From: an uncultured Candidatus Saccharibacteria bacterium
Lineage (GTDB): Bacteria > Patescibacteriota > Saccharimonadia > QS-5-54-17
DNA length: 62,352 nt
Assembly: GCA_964415975.1 (NCBI GenBank)
Contig: CAYQCN010000002.1
Span: 1 to 62,352, forward strand
Reading direction: 5' to 3'
The position numbers and the translations under genes are program-made. Positions 47,357-56,859 of this stretch are shown here, piece by piece. The stretch's first letter is position 1. The number at the start of each line of letters is the position of its first letter. The notes under the pieces are model-generated. The model was not told where the DNA came from and did no database searches. It saw only the letters and a program-made list of their open reading frames with translations.

Positions 47357-47417
47357 AAAGTATGTCTAAACACCCAGCAATCTTTTATTGCAAAATCAAA
47401 AACCAAGGACATAATAA

Positions 47418-48269
47418 ATGAAACATACAACTTCAGAGTTAAAATTAATAGCCAACACTATTCGCAAAGACATTATAGATATGCTCAAATCTGCTGGAAG
47501 TGGCCATTCCGCAGGACCGCTAGGCATGACCGATGTATTTACTGCACTATATTTTGAGGTTTTAAATCACCAGCCCGACAATCCAGACTGGGAAGAGCGA
47601 GACATAGTAGTCTTGTCCAATGGACATATCACACCTGTCAGATATGCAACTATGGCTAGAGCCGGATACTTCCCTGTGAGCGAACTTAAGACTTTGCGTC
47701 AACTTGGTAGCAACCTGCAAGGACACCCAGAGCGTACTAGGTTGCCTGGCACAGAAACTACTAGTGGCCCACTTGGTAGCGGACTATCTCAGGCCAGCGG
47801 CATGGCTCTAGCTATGGCAATCAACCAAGAGCGTCATCGTTGGGTTTATTGCTTGATGGGAGATGGCGAGCTGAATGAAGGCAACGTGTGGGAGGCTGCT
47901 ATGTTGGCGGCTAAATATAAACTACACAATTTAACAGCCATCATAGACCGCAACAATATCCAGATAGATGGTCCCACAGACGAAGTTATGCCCCTAGAGG
48001 ACTTATCGGAGAAGTGGCAGGCTTTTGGCTGGCATGTGTTTGAGATAGATGGCCATAATATAGAGGCTGTATTTAATGCTTGCCAGGAAGCTAAAGCTAT
48101 AGTTAATAAGCCAGTTGTGATTATTGCTCACACTATACCGGGCAAAGGAGTGGATTTTATGGAGTATGATTATCATTGGCATGGAGCGCCACCGGATTCA
48201 GATCAGGCCAAAAAGGCGCTCGCGCAGCTACGTACACTCGATGGGGAGATAAGGAGTGAGCATGAATGA
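47418..48269 (+). CDS. Transketolase, N-terminal (TPP-binding) subunit
   Basis: GSGHSAGPLGM, SNGH, GPLGSGLS and GDGELNEGNVWEA motifs. Confidence 0.93.
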   Translation: MKHTTSELKLIANTIRKDIIDMLKSAGSGHSAGPLGMTDVFTALYFEVLNHQPDNPDWEERDIVVLSNGHITPVRYATMARAGYFPVSELKTLRQLGSNLQGHPERTRLPGTETTSGPLGSGLSQASGMALAMAINQERHRWVYCLMGDGELNEGNVWEAAMLAAKYKLHNLTAIIDRNNIQIDGPTDEVMPLEDLSEKWQAFGWHVFEIDGHNIEAVFNACQEAKAIVNKPVVIIAHTIPGKGVDFMEYDYHWHGAPPDSDQAKKALAQLRTLDGEIRSEHE

Positions 48270-49296
48270 TATGAACCTTAATCCGAGCTTGGGTAGTAAA
48301 TCTATAGACAAAGAGCCGACCAGAAATGGATTTGGCAGGGGCTTGGTGGAGGCAGGCAGGCGAGACAAGCAGGTTGTTGCACTTTGTGCCGATTTGAGTG
48401 AATCGACCCGAATGCAGTATTTTGCTGATGAGTTCCCCGAAAGGTTCATAGAAGTTGGAGTTGCCGAGCAAAATCTTGTTACGACAGCTTCCGGCATGTC
48501 GCACATGGGCAAAGTCCCTTTCGCTAGTAGTTACGCAGCTTTTAGTCCTGGGCGAAACTGGGAGCAGATAAGAACCACTATATGTCTGAATGAGCGCAAT
48601 GTTAAGATAGTTGGCTCACATGCTGGGATATCTGTTGGTCCTGATGGTGCCACTCACCAGATGTTGGAAGATATAGCTCTTATGAGGGTTTTGCCACACA
48701 TGCAGGTAATAGTGCCATGTGATAGCTCGCAAGCCGAAAAGGCAACAATTGAGATGGCTGCAGAGATTGGCCCAATGTATATTCGACTATCCAGAGAGAA
48801 AACACCAATAGTCACTACTAAAGATACTCCATTTGAGATTGGCAAATCTTACGTTTACCGCGCAGGCAAAGATATAACCTTGCTAGCTACAGGGGCTATG
48901 GTGTATCAAGCTTTAGTTAGCGCCGAACGTTTGGACCAGCTCGGGATTTCGGCTGAAGTCATCAACTGTTCAAGCATCAAACCATTTGATAGCGAGACTT
49001 TGCTTGAGAGCGTGAGAAAGACCAAGGCAGTAGCAACTTTAGAAGAGGCCCAAATTAATGGCGGACTGGCCGGAGTTGCAGCTGAGGTGCTGTCAGAAAA
49101 CGAGCCCACTCCTATGTTAAGAATAGGTATGCAAGATCGATTTGGCGAGTCTGGCCAACCAGATGAGCTTATGGAGCACTTTGGTTTAACGCCTAAGACT
49201 ATCGTGAAGAGAGTGGCAGAGTTTGTGGGCAAAGACATAAGCTCCGCCAAAAATAAAAACAAAAAAAGACAAAGGATCAAAAAAGATGAGAAATAA
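48262..49296 (+). CDS. Transketolase, C-terminal (pyrimidine-binding) subunit with a Lys-rich tail
   Basis: AAGGAG SD 5 nt before ATG 48262. FIEVGVAEQN and GPDGATHQ motifs. Tail KNKNKKRQRIKKDEK. Confidence 0.93.
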   Translation: MNDMNLNPSLGSKSIDKEPTRNGFGRGLVEAGRRDKQVVALCADLSESTRMQYFADEFPERFIEVGVAEQNLVTTASGMSHMGKVPFASSYAAFSPGRNWEQIRTTICLNERNVKIVGSHAGISVGPDGATHQMLEDIALMRVLPHMQVIVPCDSSQAEKATIEMAAEIGPMYIRLSREKTPIVTTKDTPFEIGKSYVYRAGKDITLLATGAMVYQALVSAERLDQLGISAEVINCSSIKPFDSETLLESVRKTKAVATLEEAQINGGLAGVAAEVLSENEPTPMLRIGMQDRFGESGQPDELMEHFGLTPKTIVKRVAEFVGKDISSAKNKNKKRQRIKKDEK

Positions 49297-50182
49297 CATC
49301 GAGCAAGCTCGCAAAGCATACAATAAGGCCAAACGAGAAGGCTATGCGCTTGGAGCTTTCAATATAGACAACCAAGAGACAATGGTTGCAGTGGCTGAGG
49401 CGGCTCAAACAAAGAATGCGCCAGTAATGGTAGAAGTTTCGGCCAGTGAAGTGAAGGCCATGGGTGTTAAAAATATACGTTGCATGGTAGACAATTATCG
49501 AGAGGAGTATGGTGTAGAGATGTATATTAACCTCGACCATTCACCTTCGGTAGAGGAGGCAAAGGCCGGTATAGATGCTGGATTTGAGTTTATCCATATC
49601 GACATATCTCAGGCCAACCATGATGCAAGCGATGAAGAGATTGTTGCTGCCACCAAGGAGGTAGTTGAGTACGCTAAAAAGACCGGCGCCCTAGTAGAGA
49701 GTGAGCCTCATTATTTTGGGGGTAGCTCCAATGTCCATGAAGAAGACATAGATTATGAAGAAATAAAAAAGACATTTTCTACACCAAAAGGCACAGTTGA
49801 GTTCGTTGAGGCAACAGGTATAGATACGTTTGCGGTAGCAATCGGCAATCTGCATGGGAGATATCCGGTGCCAAAACAGTTAGATATCGATCTGCTAAAG
49901 TCGATTAACAAAGAGGTTGGTGATGATACATTCTTGAGCTTGCATGGTGGCTCTGGAACTCCAGAGCACTATTATAGTGAAGCGGTGGCTCATGGCATAA
50001 GTAAGGTCAACATAAATTCCGATATGCGCTACGCTTTCAGGACAACTTTAGAGAAGGTTTTACAGGATAACCCTAATCAGTATGCGGTAGTTAAGTTGAT
50101 GCCAGAAGTAATTGCTTCGGTGCGCATAGTAGTCGAGCAGAAAATTGAGATGTTTGGCGCCACTGGAAGGGCGAATGTTTAG
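49286..50182 (+). CDS. fba: Class II fructose/ketose-bisphosphate aldolase
   Basis: YALGAFN, LDHS, IGNLHG and LHGGSG motifs. Overlaps the end of tktC. Confidence 0.9.
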   Translation: MRNNIEQARKAYNKAKREGYALGAFNIDNQETMVAVAEAAQTKNAPVMVEVSASEVKAMGVKNIRCMVDNYREEYGVEMYINLDHSPSVEEAKAGIDAGFEFIHIDISQANHDASDEEIVAATKEVVEYAKKTGALVESEPHYFGGSSNVHEEDIDYEEIKKTFSTPKGTVEFVEATGIDTFAVAIGNLHGRYPVPKQLDIDLLKSINKEVGDDTFLSLHGGSGTPEHYYSEAVAHGISKVNINSDMRYAFRTTLEKVLQDNPNQYAVVKLMPEVIASVRIVVEQKIEMFGATGRANV

Positions 50183-50230
50183 CCATATGCAGTTAAGTTG
50201 TAAATTACTCGCTAAAATAGGAGCATAGCA

Positions 50231-51226
50231 ATGCCAAGCAATAAAAAAACAAAACTTAAAGTCGCCACAATCGGTGCAGCGACTCAGGATGTTTTTTTGA
50301 TGGGTAGTGCCTTGAAGGCCAAACGAGATGTGCGTACCCATGAGTTTGTAGAGCAATTCCCTTTAGGGGCTAAACTGGAGCTTGACAAAGTCGTCTTTAG
50401 CACTGGTGGTGGTGCCACCAATGCAGCTGTAACTTTTGCTCGCCTTGGCTTTGATACTCAATTCTTGGGCAAAATTGGAGACGACCCCGCTGGTGAAAGT
50501 GTCGTCAAAGAGCTGAAGGCAGAGTCTATAAACACATCTACGCTCGTCTGTGATGTTTCTGGAGTTACAGGCTATTCTACTTTACTGTTGGCGCCAAGAG
50601 GTGAGCGGACCGTTCTTGTCCACCGAGGTGTATCAGAAGAGTTGAGCGCTAAAGATTTTAATTATTTCGCTAAGTTAAATGCCGATTGGCTCTACATAAC
50701 ATCTTTGGCCGGGAACTTTCCTTTACTTGAATCGGTGATTGAATATGCCAAAACACATGGTATAAAGCTGGCAATAAACCCAGGCTCTTCTGAACTTAAA
50801 CAGCCAGAGCGAATGAGGCAGCTGCTTCATAATTTTTCAATCGTAAGTGTCAACAAAGAAGAGTCAGAGTTACTGGCTGATGGTAAAACTATAAATAGCA
50901 GGGTGCGGCAACTAGCAGAGCAGTGCGCCGTTGCTGTTGTGACTGATGGTGCGAAAGGCTCTTATGCCTGTGACGGTGCTACTGTATACAAAGCTGGTAT
51001 GTATAAGGACGTGCCAGTGTTAGATCGTACAGGGGCGGGCGATGCTTTCACTTCTGGTTTTGCAGCCAAAGTCATGGAAGGCGATTCGGTAGAATATGCT
51101 CTGACTTACGGTAGCGCTAACTCTACTTCGGTTGTGCAAAGTGTCGGCTCAAAGACCGGTATTCTAAAATCGGAAAAAAAGCTTCGTAAAATGAAAATTA
51201 AGAAAAGTAATGTAGGGAGTAAATAA
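50231..51226 (+). CDS. PfkB/ribokinase-family carbohydrate kinase with a Lys-rich tail
   Basis: GGGATNAAV and DRTGAGDAFTSGF motifs. Confidence 0.85.
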   Translation: MPSNKKTKLKVATIGAATQDVFLMGSALKAKRDVRTHEFVEQFPLGAKLELDKVVFSTGGGATNAAVTFARLGFDTQFLGKIGDDPAGESVVKELKAESINTSTLVCDVSGVTGYSTLLLAPRGERTVLVHRGVSEELSAKDFNYFAKLNADWLYITSLAGNFPLLESVIEYAKTHGIKLAINPGSSELKQPERMRQLLHNFSIVSVNKEESELLADGKTINSRVRQLAEQCAVAVVTDGAKGSYACDGATVYKAGMYKDVPVLDRTGAGDAFTSGFAAKVMEGDSVEYALTYGSANSTSVVQSVGSKTGILKSEKKLRKMKIKKSNVGSK

Positions 51227-52467
51227 TGTTAAGCCGCTTACTGCAAGCCAAGCAACCACTATTTGACATCACTGTTGAGCAGCTTGAAACTCAAACAGGC
51301 AATAAGTCAATAGATGCTGAATTTATAGCAGAAATATTAGAAACTGCTCATCAAAAAATGCGAGAGCTCAACCTAGATCCAGCTGACACAACCGGTCAAG
51401 AGCTTTATCGGGCCCTGATAAATAAAGTTAGTGAACATGATGATCACCTGGCTAAGGAAGTTGGCGGTAAAGATTCAACTAGTTTAGCTGAGATGGTGCC
51501 TAAGATCGTAAAACGAATCAACCAGGCTGATATCAAAAAAGACGGATGGTTTTTAAAGCACGGGGTGGCTAAAGAAATGCTGCTTCATATGCCGCCTAAG
51601 AATATCATTGAGCGGCTAGGCTATAAGAGTGCAAAAGCTATGCTGGCTGAAGAAGACTTGTACGAAATATACGGGGCTTTGCGTTTTGCGGAAGATGGAG
51701 AGTGGTTAAATGAATACAACCGTCAATATCATCGCTTGAGCAAAGATGACTTTGAAGAGAGAAAGATAGAGATAGTTCAGTTTGATCCTGACAAGTGGGG
51801 TGATATAGCAGCTCACTTCGTCGAGAAAAAGCTGCACAATATAACTCATCTCAAAGAGCTTGGAGTTATAATGACCATGCCGGTAGCTGGTGATAGGCCG
51901 ATGCCAGGCGTGACATTAAAGGTGATGCCACTAATATTGCATTATTTCAACGAGATACGTCTTTATAGTGCATTTTTCAAGCTCATGAAAGACAAGAAAA
52001 ATTTTGGCGATATATTCGTTGACACGCTTATAGCCGACCCTTCTCCGGTTCAAGTGACGCAAAACGATAACGTTCACTGGCGAGTTATACAGCGCTATTT
52101 CGGCAAACTAAAAGACGAGTATCATCCAGAGATATTTGAGCCCCATGTCCAGCCGGAGGATTTGCACTGGCGTAAAGCGGAGGAAGTGCTCTATGACATC
52201 AGCCCCGAGCTAGAGTTCTGGCGAGATTTAGACTATGTAGGTTTATTTGTAAGCGATGAAGAGCCGGTAACTTTCAATTTGATGGATATTAGTCTGAGTT
52301 ACTCAAACCAGCTTCCTTTTGAAGATAGGTACTTGTACCACTTTCGTGAAGCTTTATGGAATGAGTTGTTTGTAAGATATCTAGGCCAGAAAAACCTAGA
52401 AGATAGAGTGATCAAGCGACTGGACAACGCCATGATTGAGCCGGAAACTATTACCGAGTTTAAATAG
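51226..52467 (+). CDS. Hypothetical 413-aa protein, translationally coupled to the kinase
   Basis: TAATG overlap at 51224-51228. Soluble-looking, no nucleotide-binding or catalytic motif recognised. Confidence 0.65.
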   Translation: MLSRLLQAKQPLFDITVEQLETQTGNKSIDAEFIAEILETAHQKMRELNLDPADTTGQELYRALINKVSEHDDHLAKEVGGKDSTSLAEMVPKIVKRINQADIKKDGWFLKHGVAKEMLLHMPPKNIIERLGYKSAKAMLAEEDLYEIYGALRFAEDGEWLNEYNRQYHRLSKDDFEERKIEIVQFDPDKWGDIAAHFVEKKLHNITHLKELGVIMTMPVAGDRPMPGVTLKVMPLILHYFNEIRLYSAFFKLMKDKKNFGDIFVDTLIADPSPVQVTQNDNVHWRVIQRYFGKLKDEYHPEIFEPHVQPEDLHWRKAEEVLYDISPELEFWRDLDYVGLFVSDEEPVTFNLMDISLSYSNQLPFEDRYLYHFREALWNELFVRYLGQKNLEDRVIKRLDNAMIEPETITEFK

Positions 52468-52470
52468 TAT

Positions 52471-53013
52471 ATGAAGTATCAAATATGTATTAGCGCAGCT
52501 TCTAAAGGTAAAAGTGCCGACGATGGCAAGCAGCTCGCCTTTGATATGGGGTCAGTTATTGGTGGTGCAGGGCATACTCTGCTGACTGGGGCCACAACTG
52601 GGCTGCCATATGAGGCTGCCCGAGGCGCGAAATCGGCTGGCGGGCAGTCTGTGGGCATATCGCCAGCAGCCAGTCGCCTGGCTCATGTCCGCAAATATAG
52701 GCTGCCAGCAGACATGTATGACTTTTTGCTATTTACTGGCCTTAACTATGCCGGACGAGACAACTTGCTTATAAATTGCTCTGATGCAGTAATAATAATT
52801 GGCGGTAGGCTTGGCACCACACACGAGTTCACAGTAGCTATGGAAACCAACAAGCCAGTAGCTATATTGCATGGAGCGGGCGGCACCAGCGATCTTTTCG
52901 ATGAGCTGATGCGCACAGCCGGTAGAGATCCTAAAAGCGTAATCGAAGAAAACGATCCCTATGTCTTGCTACGAAAGCTTATAAAGGAGCTGAATCAGAA
53001 ACATTGCGCTTAG
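52471..53013 (+). CDS. TIGR00725-like SLOG/LOG-superfamily Rossmann protein
   Basis: 180 aa with GGAGHTLLTGATTG and IIIGGRLGTTHEF motifs. Starts 3 nt after the previous stop. Confidence 0.75.
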   Translation: MKYQICISAASKGKSADDGKQLAFDMGSVIGGAGHTLLTGATTGLPYEAARGAKSAGGQSVGISPAASRLAHVRKYRLPADMYDFLLFTGLNYAGRDNLLINCSDAVIIIGGRLGTTHEFTVAMETNKPVAILHGAGGTSDLFDELMRTAGRDPKSVIEENDPYVLLRKLIKELNQKHCA

Positions 53014-53083
53014 AATAAGAGAAAAGGGCGAGGTGTAAAAGGTTTATTGATTTAAGTCATATTGACTTAAGCACCTTATTACA

Positions 53084-53224
53084 TTACTCGCCCCTGTCGT
53101 GAGCTTGTTGGTTTTTGGCTGGTGAGCTGGCTGGCCGGCTGATTGATTCTAGTGCCTCGAACACATATCCGCGTTCAAGGTAATCCATGAATCGAGACAG
53201 CCAGCCAACTAGCACGTAAGTCAT
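53084..53224 (-). CDS. Candidate 46-aa micro-protein (not in the ORF track)
   Basis: AGGAGG SD 6 nt upstream of ATG 53224. ATGA overlap with the upstream small ORF. Sequence [47 protein letters not shown] terminator follows. Confidence 0.35.
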   Translation of the reverse strand: MTYVLVGWLSRFMDYLERGYVFEALESISRPASSPAKNQQAHDRGE

Positions 53225-53406
53225 AAGTGACCTCCTGTGTCGATGACGTCTCCTAGTTCAATGGTTTGGTTGAATAGTAGCCTGAAAAGAGGATCGGCCG
53301 ATACATCAAAAAATATAGAAGCATAAAACCACACATATCCTATTAAAAGCGCAGAAAGCACTAAGGCTACTGTGATTTGGAGGACTTTGCTTATGATTGA
53401 ACCCAT
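53221..53406 (-). CDS. Candidate 61-aa single-TM micro-protein
   Basis: [33 protein letters not shown]... with start ATG 53406 (ORF-track TTG at 53469 is the alternative). No clear SD. Confidence 0.35.
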   Translation of the reverse strand: MGSIISKVLQITVALVLSALLIGYVWFYASIFFDVSADPLFRLLFNQTIELGDVIDTGGHL

Positions 53407-53489
53407 CACCAGTCCTATGTCAAGTTGCACGACTACTTTTATATAAAAACAATAAACTTTTAGTGTCAACAGTTTATAATGGCTGCTGT

Positions 53490-55442
53490 ATGTTTAATTT
53501 AAATGCCAACTACGAACCGAGAGGTGATCAGCCTCAAGCTATAGATAAGCTCACTCAAGGGGTTAGCTATGGTGCTAACGAACAGACTTTATTAGGTGTC
53601 ACTGGTTCTGGTAAGACTTTCACGATGGCTAACGTGATAGCCAATACCAACAAGCCGACATTGGTGCTTTCTCACAACAAAACTTTGGCTGCTCAATTAT
53701 ATGCAGAATTCAAACAATTTTTTCCAGACAACGCCGTACATTATTTCGTGAGTTATTTCGACTACTATCAGCCAGAGGCTTACATACCCCAAAGCGATAC
53801 TTATATAGAAAAAGATTCCCAAATAAATGAAGAGATAGACCGCTTACGTCACGCCTCCACTAAGGCTCTGCTAACCCGTAGAGATGCCATAATAGTGGCT
53901 TCGGTGAGCTGTATATATGGTCTGGGGGCAGTAGGTAATTACTCCGAGTTAGCTATAACTATTACTGCTGGTGAGGCGCGCAAGCGAGACAAACTTTTAC
54001 GCCATTTAACCGATATCCAGTATGAGCGTAACGATATAGATTTTGCTCGCGGTACTTTTAGAGCTAAAGGTGACATTGTAGATATATACCCAATCGGTGA
54101 CGAATCGGCATATAGGGTTGAGTTCTTTGGCGATGAAATAGATCGCATCAGGAGTATCGACCCCATCACCGGAGAAGTGCTTGGTGAATTAAAAATAGTG
54201 ACAATATTTCCCGGTAGTCACTTTGTGACACCAGAAGAAAAGCTGAAAGTAGCTATTGCAAATATACAGGATGAGCTAGACCAACAGCTTAGTTATCTTC
54301 GGGCGCAAGATAAACTACTAGAAGCCCAGCGCCTGGAGCAGCGTACAAAATATGACCTAGAGATGCTGCAAGAGACAGGTTTTGTCAAAGGTATAGAGAA
54401 CTATTCTCGATATTTGACAGACCGCGAGCAAGGTGAACAACCGGCTACATTGCTGGATTATTTTCCGGATGACTACTTAATGTTTATTGATGAGTCACAC
54501 ATGACTGTGCCGCAAGTGAGAGGTATGTATAATGGCGATCGTGCCCGAAAAGAAGTCTTAGTAGATCATGGTTTTAGATTGCCGAGCGCGCTCGATAATC
54601 GACCTTTGAAATTTAGTGAGTTTGAGCGCCACCTGAACCAAGTTGTGTATGTATCGGCTACGCCTGCAGACCATGAACTTAGTCGATCTAGTCAAGTTGT
54701 AGAGCAAGTAATAAGGCCTACAGGACTGCTCGACCCCCAAGTAGACGTTCGGCCAACTGAGGGTCAAATAGATGATGTGATTGCAGAAGTAAAAGACACT
54801 GTGGCTCATGGCCAAAGGGTACTGATTACGACACTGACCAAGCGGATGGCAGAGGATCTTACTGATTATCTCAAAGATCTTGATATAAAAGTTCAGTATC
54901 TGCATTCAGAAGTTGAGACACTGGAGCGAAGTGATATTCTGCGCGATTTAAGGATAGGAGTTTATGATGTACTGGTCGGCATAAACTTATTACGTGAAGG
55001 CCTGGATTTGCCGGAGGTGAGTCTTGTAGCAATTTTAGATGCTGACAAGGAGGGTTTCTTGCGTAGCGAACAAGCTCTAGTGCAGACCATAGGCAGGGCT
55101 GCCCGTCATATAGAAGGCAAGGTCTTGATGTATGCAGATGTGATAACCGGCTCTATGCAAAGAGCCATTGACGAGACAGAACGCCGACGCCGTAAGCAAG
55201 AACAGCACAACAAGAAGCACAATATCACTCCTGCCGGTATTGAACGAGCCATAGAAGAGCGAATGCACCAGCACGAAAAATCAGAAGAAGACAAAGTAGA
55301 CATCGACAAAGTTCCAGCGTCGGAACGCCCTCAGTTGGTAAAAGATTTGACCGCCCAGATGGAGTTGGCTGCTGCTAATTTACGCTTTGAAGAGGCAGCT
55401 GAACTACGTGACTATATAAATGAAATTCAAAAAGGTAGCTAA
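53490..55442 (+). CDS. uvrB: Excinuclease ABC subunit B
   Basis: [35 protein letters not shown], and a C-terminal UVR domain. TATAAT at 53475-53480. Confidence 0.97.
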   Translation: MFNLNANYEPRGDQPQAIDKLTQGVSYGANEQTLLGVTGSGKTFTMANVIANTNKPTLVLSHNKTLAAQLYAEFKQFFPDNAVHYFVSYFDYYQPEAYIPQSDTYIEKDSQINEEIDRLRHASTKALLTRRDAIIVASVSCIYGLGAVGNYSELAITITAGEARKRDKLLRHLTDIQYERNDIDFARGTFRAKGDIVDIYPIGDESAYRVEFFGDEIDRIRSIDPITGEVLGELKIVTIFPGSHFVTPEEKLKVAIANIQDELDQQLSYLRAQDKLLEAQRLEQRTKYDLEMLQETGFVKGIENYSRYLTDREQGEQPATLLDYFPDDYLMFIDESHMTVPQVRGMYNGDRARKEVLVDHGFRLPSALDNRPLKFSEFERHLNQVVYVSATPADHELSRSSQVVEQVIRPTGLLDPQVDVRPTEGQIDDVIAEVKDTVAHGQRVLITTLTKRMAEDLTDYLKDLDIKVQYLHSEVETLERSDILRDLRIGVYDVLVGINLLREGLDLPEVSLVAILDADKEGFLRSEQALVQTIGRAARHIEGKVLMYADVITGSMQRAIDETERRRRKQEQHNKKHNITPAGIERAIEERMHQHEKSEEDKVDIDKVPASERPQLVKDLTAQMELAAANLRFEEAAELRDYINEIQKGS

Positions 55443-56425
55443 TTCCAACCTTGGTCTATAAGGTTGCCGCAAAATCTCGTATCGCTTAGGAAGTCGCTGT
55501 GGACATCGCCCTCTATTATTATCTGCTTTACATTTTCTCGATTTTGTTTGTCGCTGCTATATAAGTCGAAGCGGGATATGGTGTCGAACTCTCCTGAATA
55601 AATAGTAATTTCTATATTCGGGTCTAGTGTGTCTATGTCTACTTTGGCGCTAGCTATTAAACTAACCAACTTTTTTTGAGTCGACCCAGTGTGCAGGTCT
55701 TTAGGCAATATTTCGGCTGCACTCTTGCTCATGCCAAGTAGCTCATTACTGGTGGTGCGACGTAACACTACTTTCAATTCCTGCCTGGTTAGTCCGGTCA
55801 CAAAGCGGCTGGTGCGCATAGGGCTGCTCGGTGTTGCTAGCAAGGCCAGTTTGTCTACCTTGATTCCATATGTGCTATGTATGTCTTTAGCCACTTCATA
55901 AGCCAGGATACCACCATATGATTGGCCAACTAGGCTAAGTGGAGCAGATCTTTTTATGTTGTAGTGAGCTCGAGTGTATTCTATGCAATGTCGTCTGGCG
56001 CTAGCTAGAGTAATGTGGTCGGCAATATTGAGCCAGTTGCGACTTACTACTACATCTTTAGTGCCTTCGCTGCCTATGGCAATGATAAGATTATTTGGGA
56101 ACCTTTGCCTAAGCTCCCAACCAATCTCATGACCCTGCCTTGTAGTTGGGCTAGAACCGAAGGCGTGGAGTAGAGTTATTGTGGGCAGATTCGGGTCGAA
56201 CCTTTCTTGGTTGAAGCTATATATTTTAAATAAAGATTCTGTGATCGGGTCTTGGCAGAATATAGGGTCGGCCAGCTCTCTTTCGAAGGCTCGCTTTTGT
56301 GTGTTGTCGCTCGGTGCTGGAAGGACGGAATGTGTAGCTCGATTGTATCGAGTTTGCTGTTCATCCTCTTTAATTTTCGACACAGTCGAATCAATCTTGT
56401 CATTGCCTGGATTTAATATGGTCAT
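55439..56425 (-). CDS. Alpha/beta-hydrolase (lipase/esterase-like), function unknown
   Basis: Nucleophile elbow VGQSYGG in [14 protein letters not shown]. Disordered ~60-aa N-terminus. 4-nt convergent overlap with the uvrB stop. Confidence 0.75.
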   Translation of the reverse strand: MTILNPGNDKIDSTVSKIKEDEQQTRYNRATHSVLPAPSDNTQKRAFERELADPIFCQDPITESLFKIYSFNQERFDPNLPTITLLHAFGSSPTTRQGHEIGWELRQRFPNNLIIAIGSEGTKDVVVSRNWLNIADHITLASARRHCIEYTRAHYNIKRSAPLSLVGQSYGGILAYEVAKDIHSTYGIKVDKLALLATPSSPMRTSRFVTGLTRQELKVVLRRTTSNELLGMSKSAAEILPKDLHTGSTQKKLVSLIASAKVDIDTLDPNIEITIYSGEFDTISRFDLYSSDKQNRENVKQIIIEGDVHSDFLSDTRFCGNLIDQGWN

Positions 56426-56534
56426 AATATATTTAAATTATTAGTCAACTAGATTTATATCATTCAAGTAAGTTGTTGTCACGTTAGGTTTATTAGTTTT
56501 TTGTGAGAGATGTAAAGTTGCTATACTTATACTC

Positions 56535-56825
56535 ATGACAAAACTATCAGAAGACAAAATTGCCCAACTAGGGCGTCTAGCTAGGATCGGCCTCAAAGAT
56601 AAAGATCACAAGCGTCTAGTTGGCGAGCTAGAACCGGTTTTAAGTCATGTGCAAACTTTGCAACAGATCGACACAGTCAATGTGCCTGTAACGAGTCAAG
56701 TTACGGATTTAACCGATGTTTGGCGAGAAGATGAGGTCAAGCCTGAGCTTTATTCTCGGGATCATTTACTGGCTAACGCGCCAGAAACAAAAGGTGGGTA
56801 TATAAAGGTAAAGAGGGTTCTATAG
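56535..56825 (+). CDS. gatC: Asp/Glu-tRNA amidotransferase subunit C
   Basis: 96 aa. '..IAQLGRLARI.L' N-terminus and '..PETKGGYIKVKRVL' C-terminus typical of GatC. Confidence 0.9.
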   Translation: MTKLSEDKIAQLGRLARIGLKDKDHKRLVGELEPVLSHVQTLQQIDTVNVPVTSQVTDLTDVWREDEVKPELYSRDHLLANAPETKGGYIKVKRVL

Positions 56826-56859
56826 TGAATTTGGCTACCACAGATACAGGATTATTAAT

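Noticed and set aside
53397-53489. N-terminal extensions suggested by the ORF track. Examples: uvrB from 53397, TM-helix protein to 41782, alaS from 20350, galU from 60185, ABC ATPase from 35580, PPC protein from 10531.
   Set aside because: The family-typical N-termini begin at internal ATGs, often with SD sequences. The extensions overlap neighbouring genes or promoters and have implausible Cys- or hydrophobic-rich sequence.
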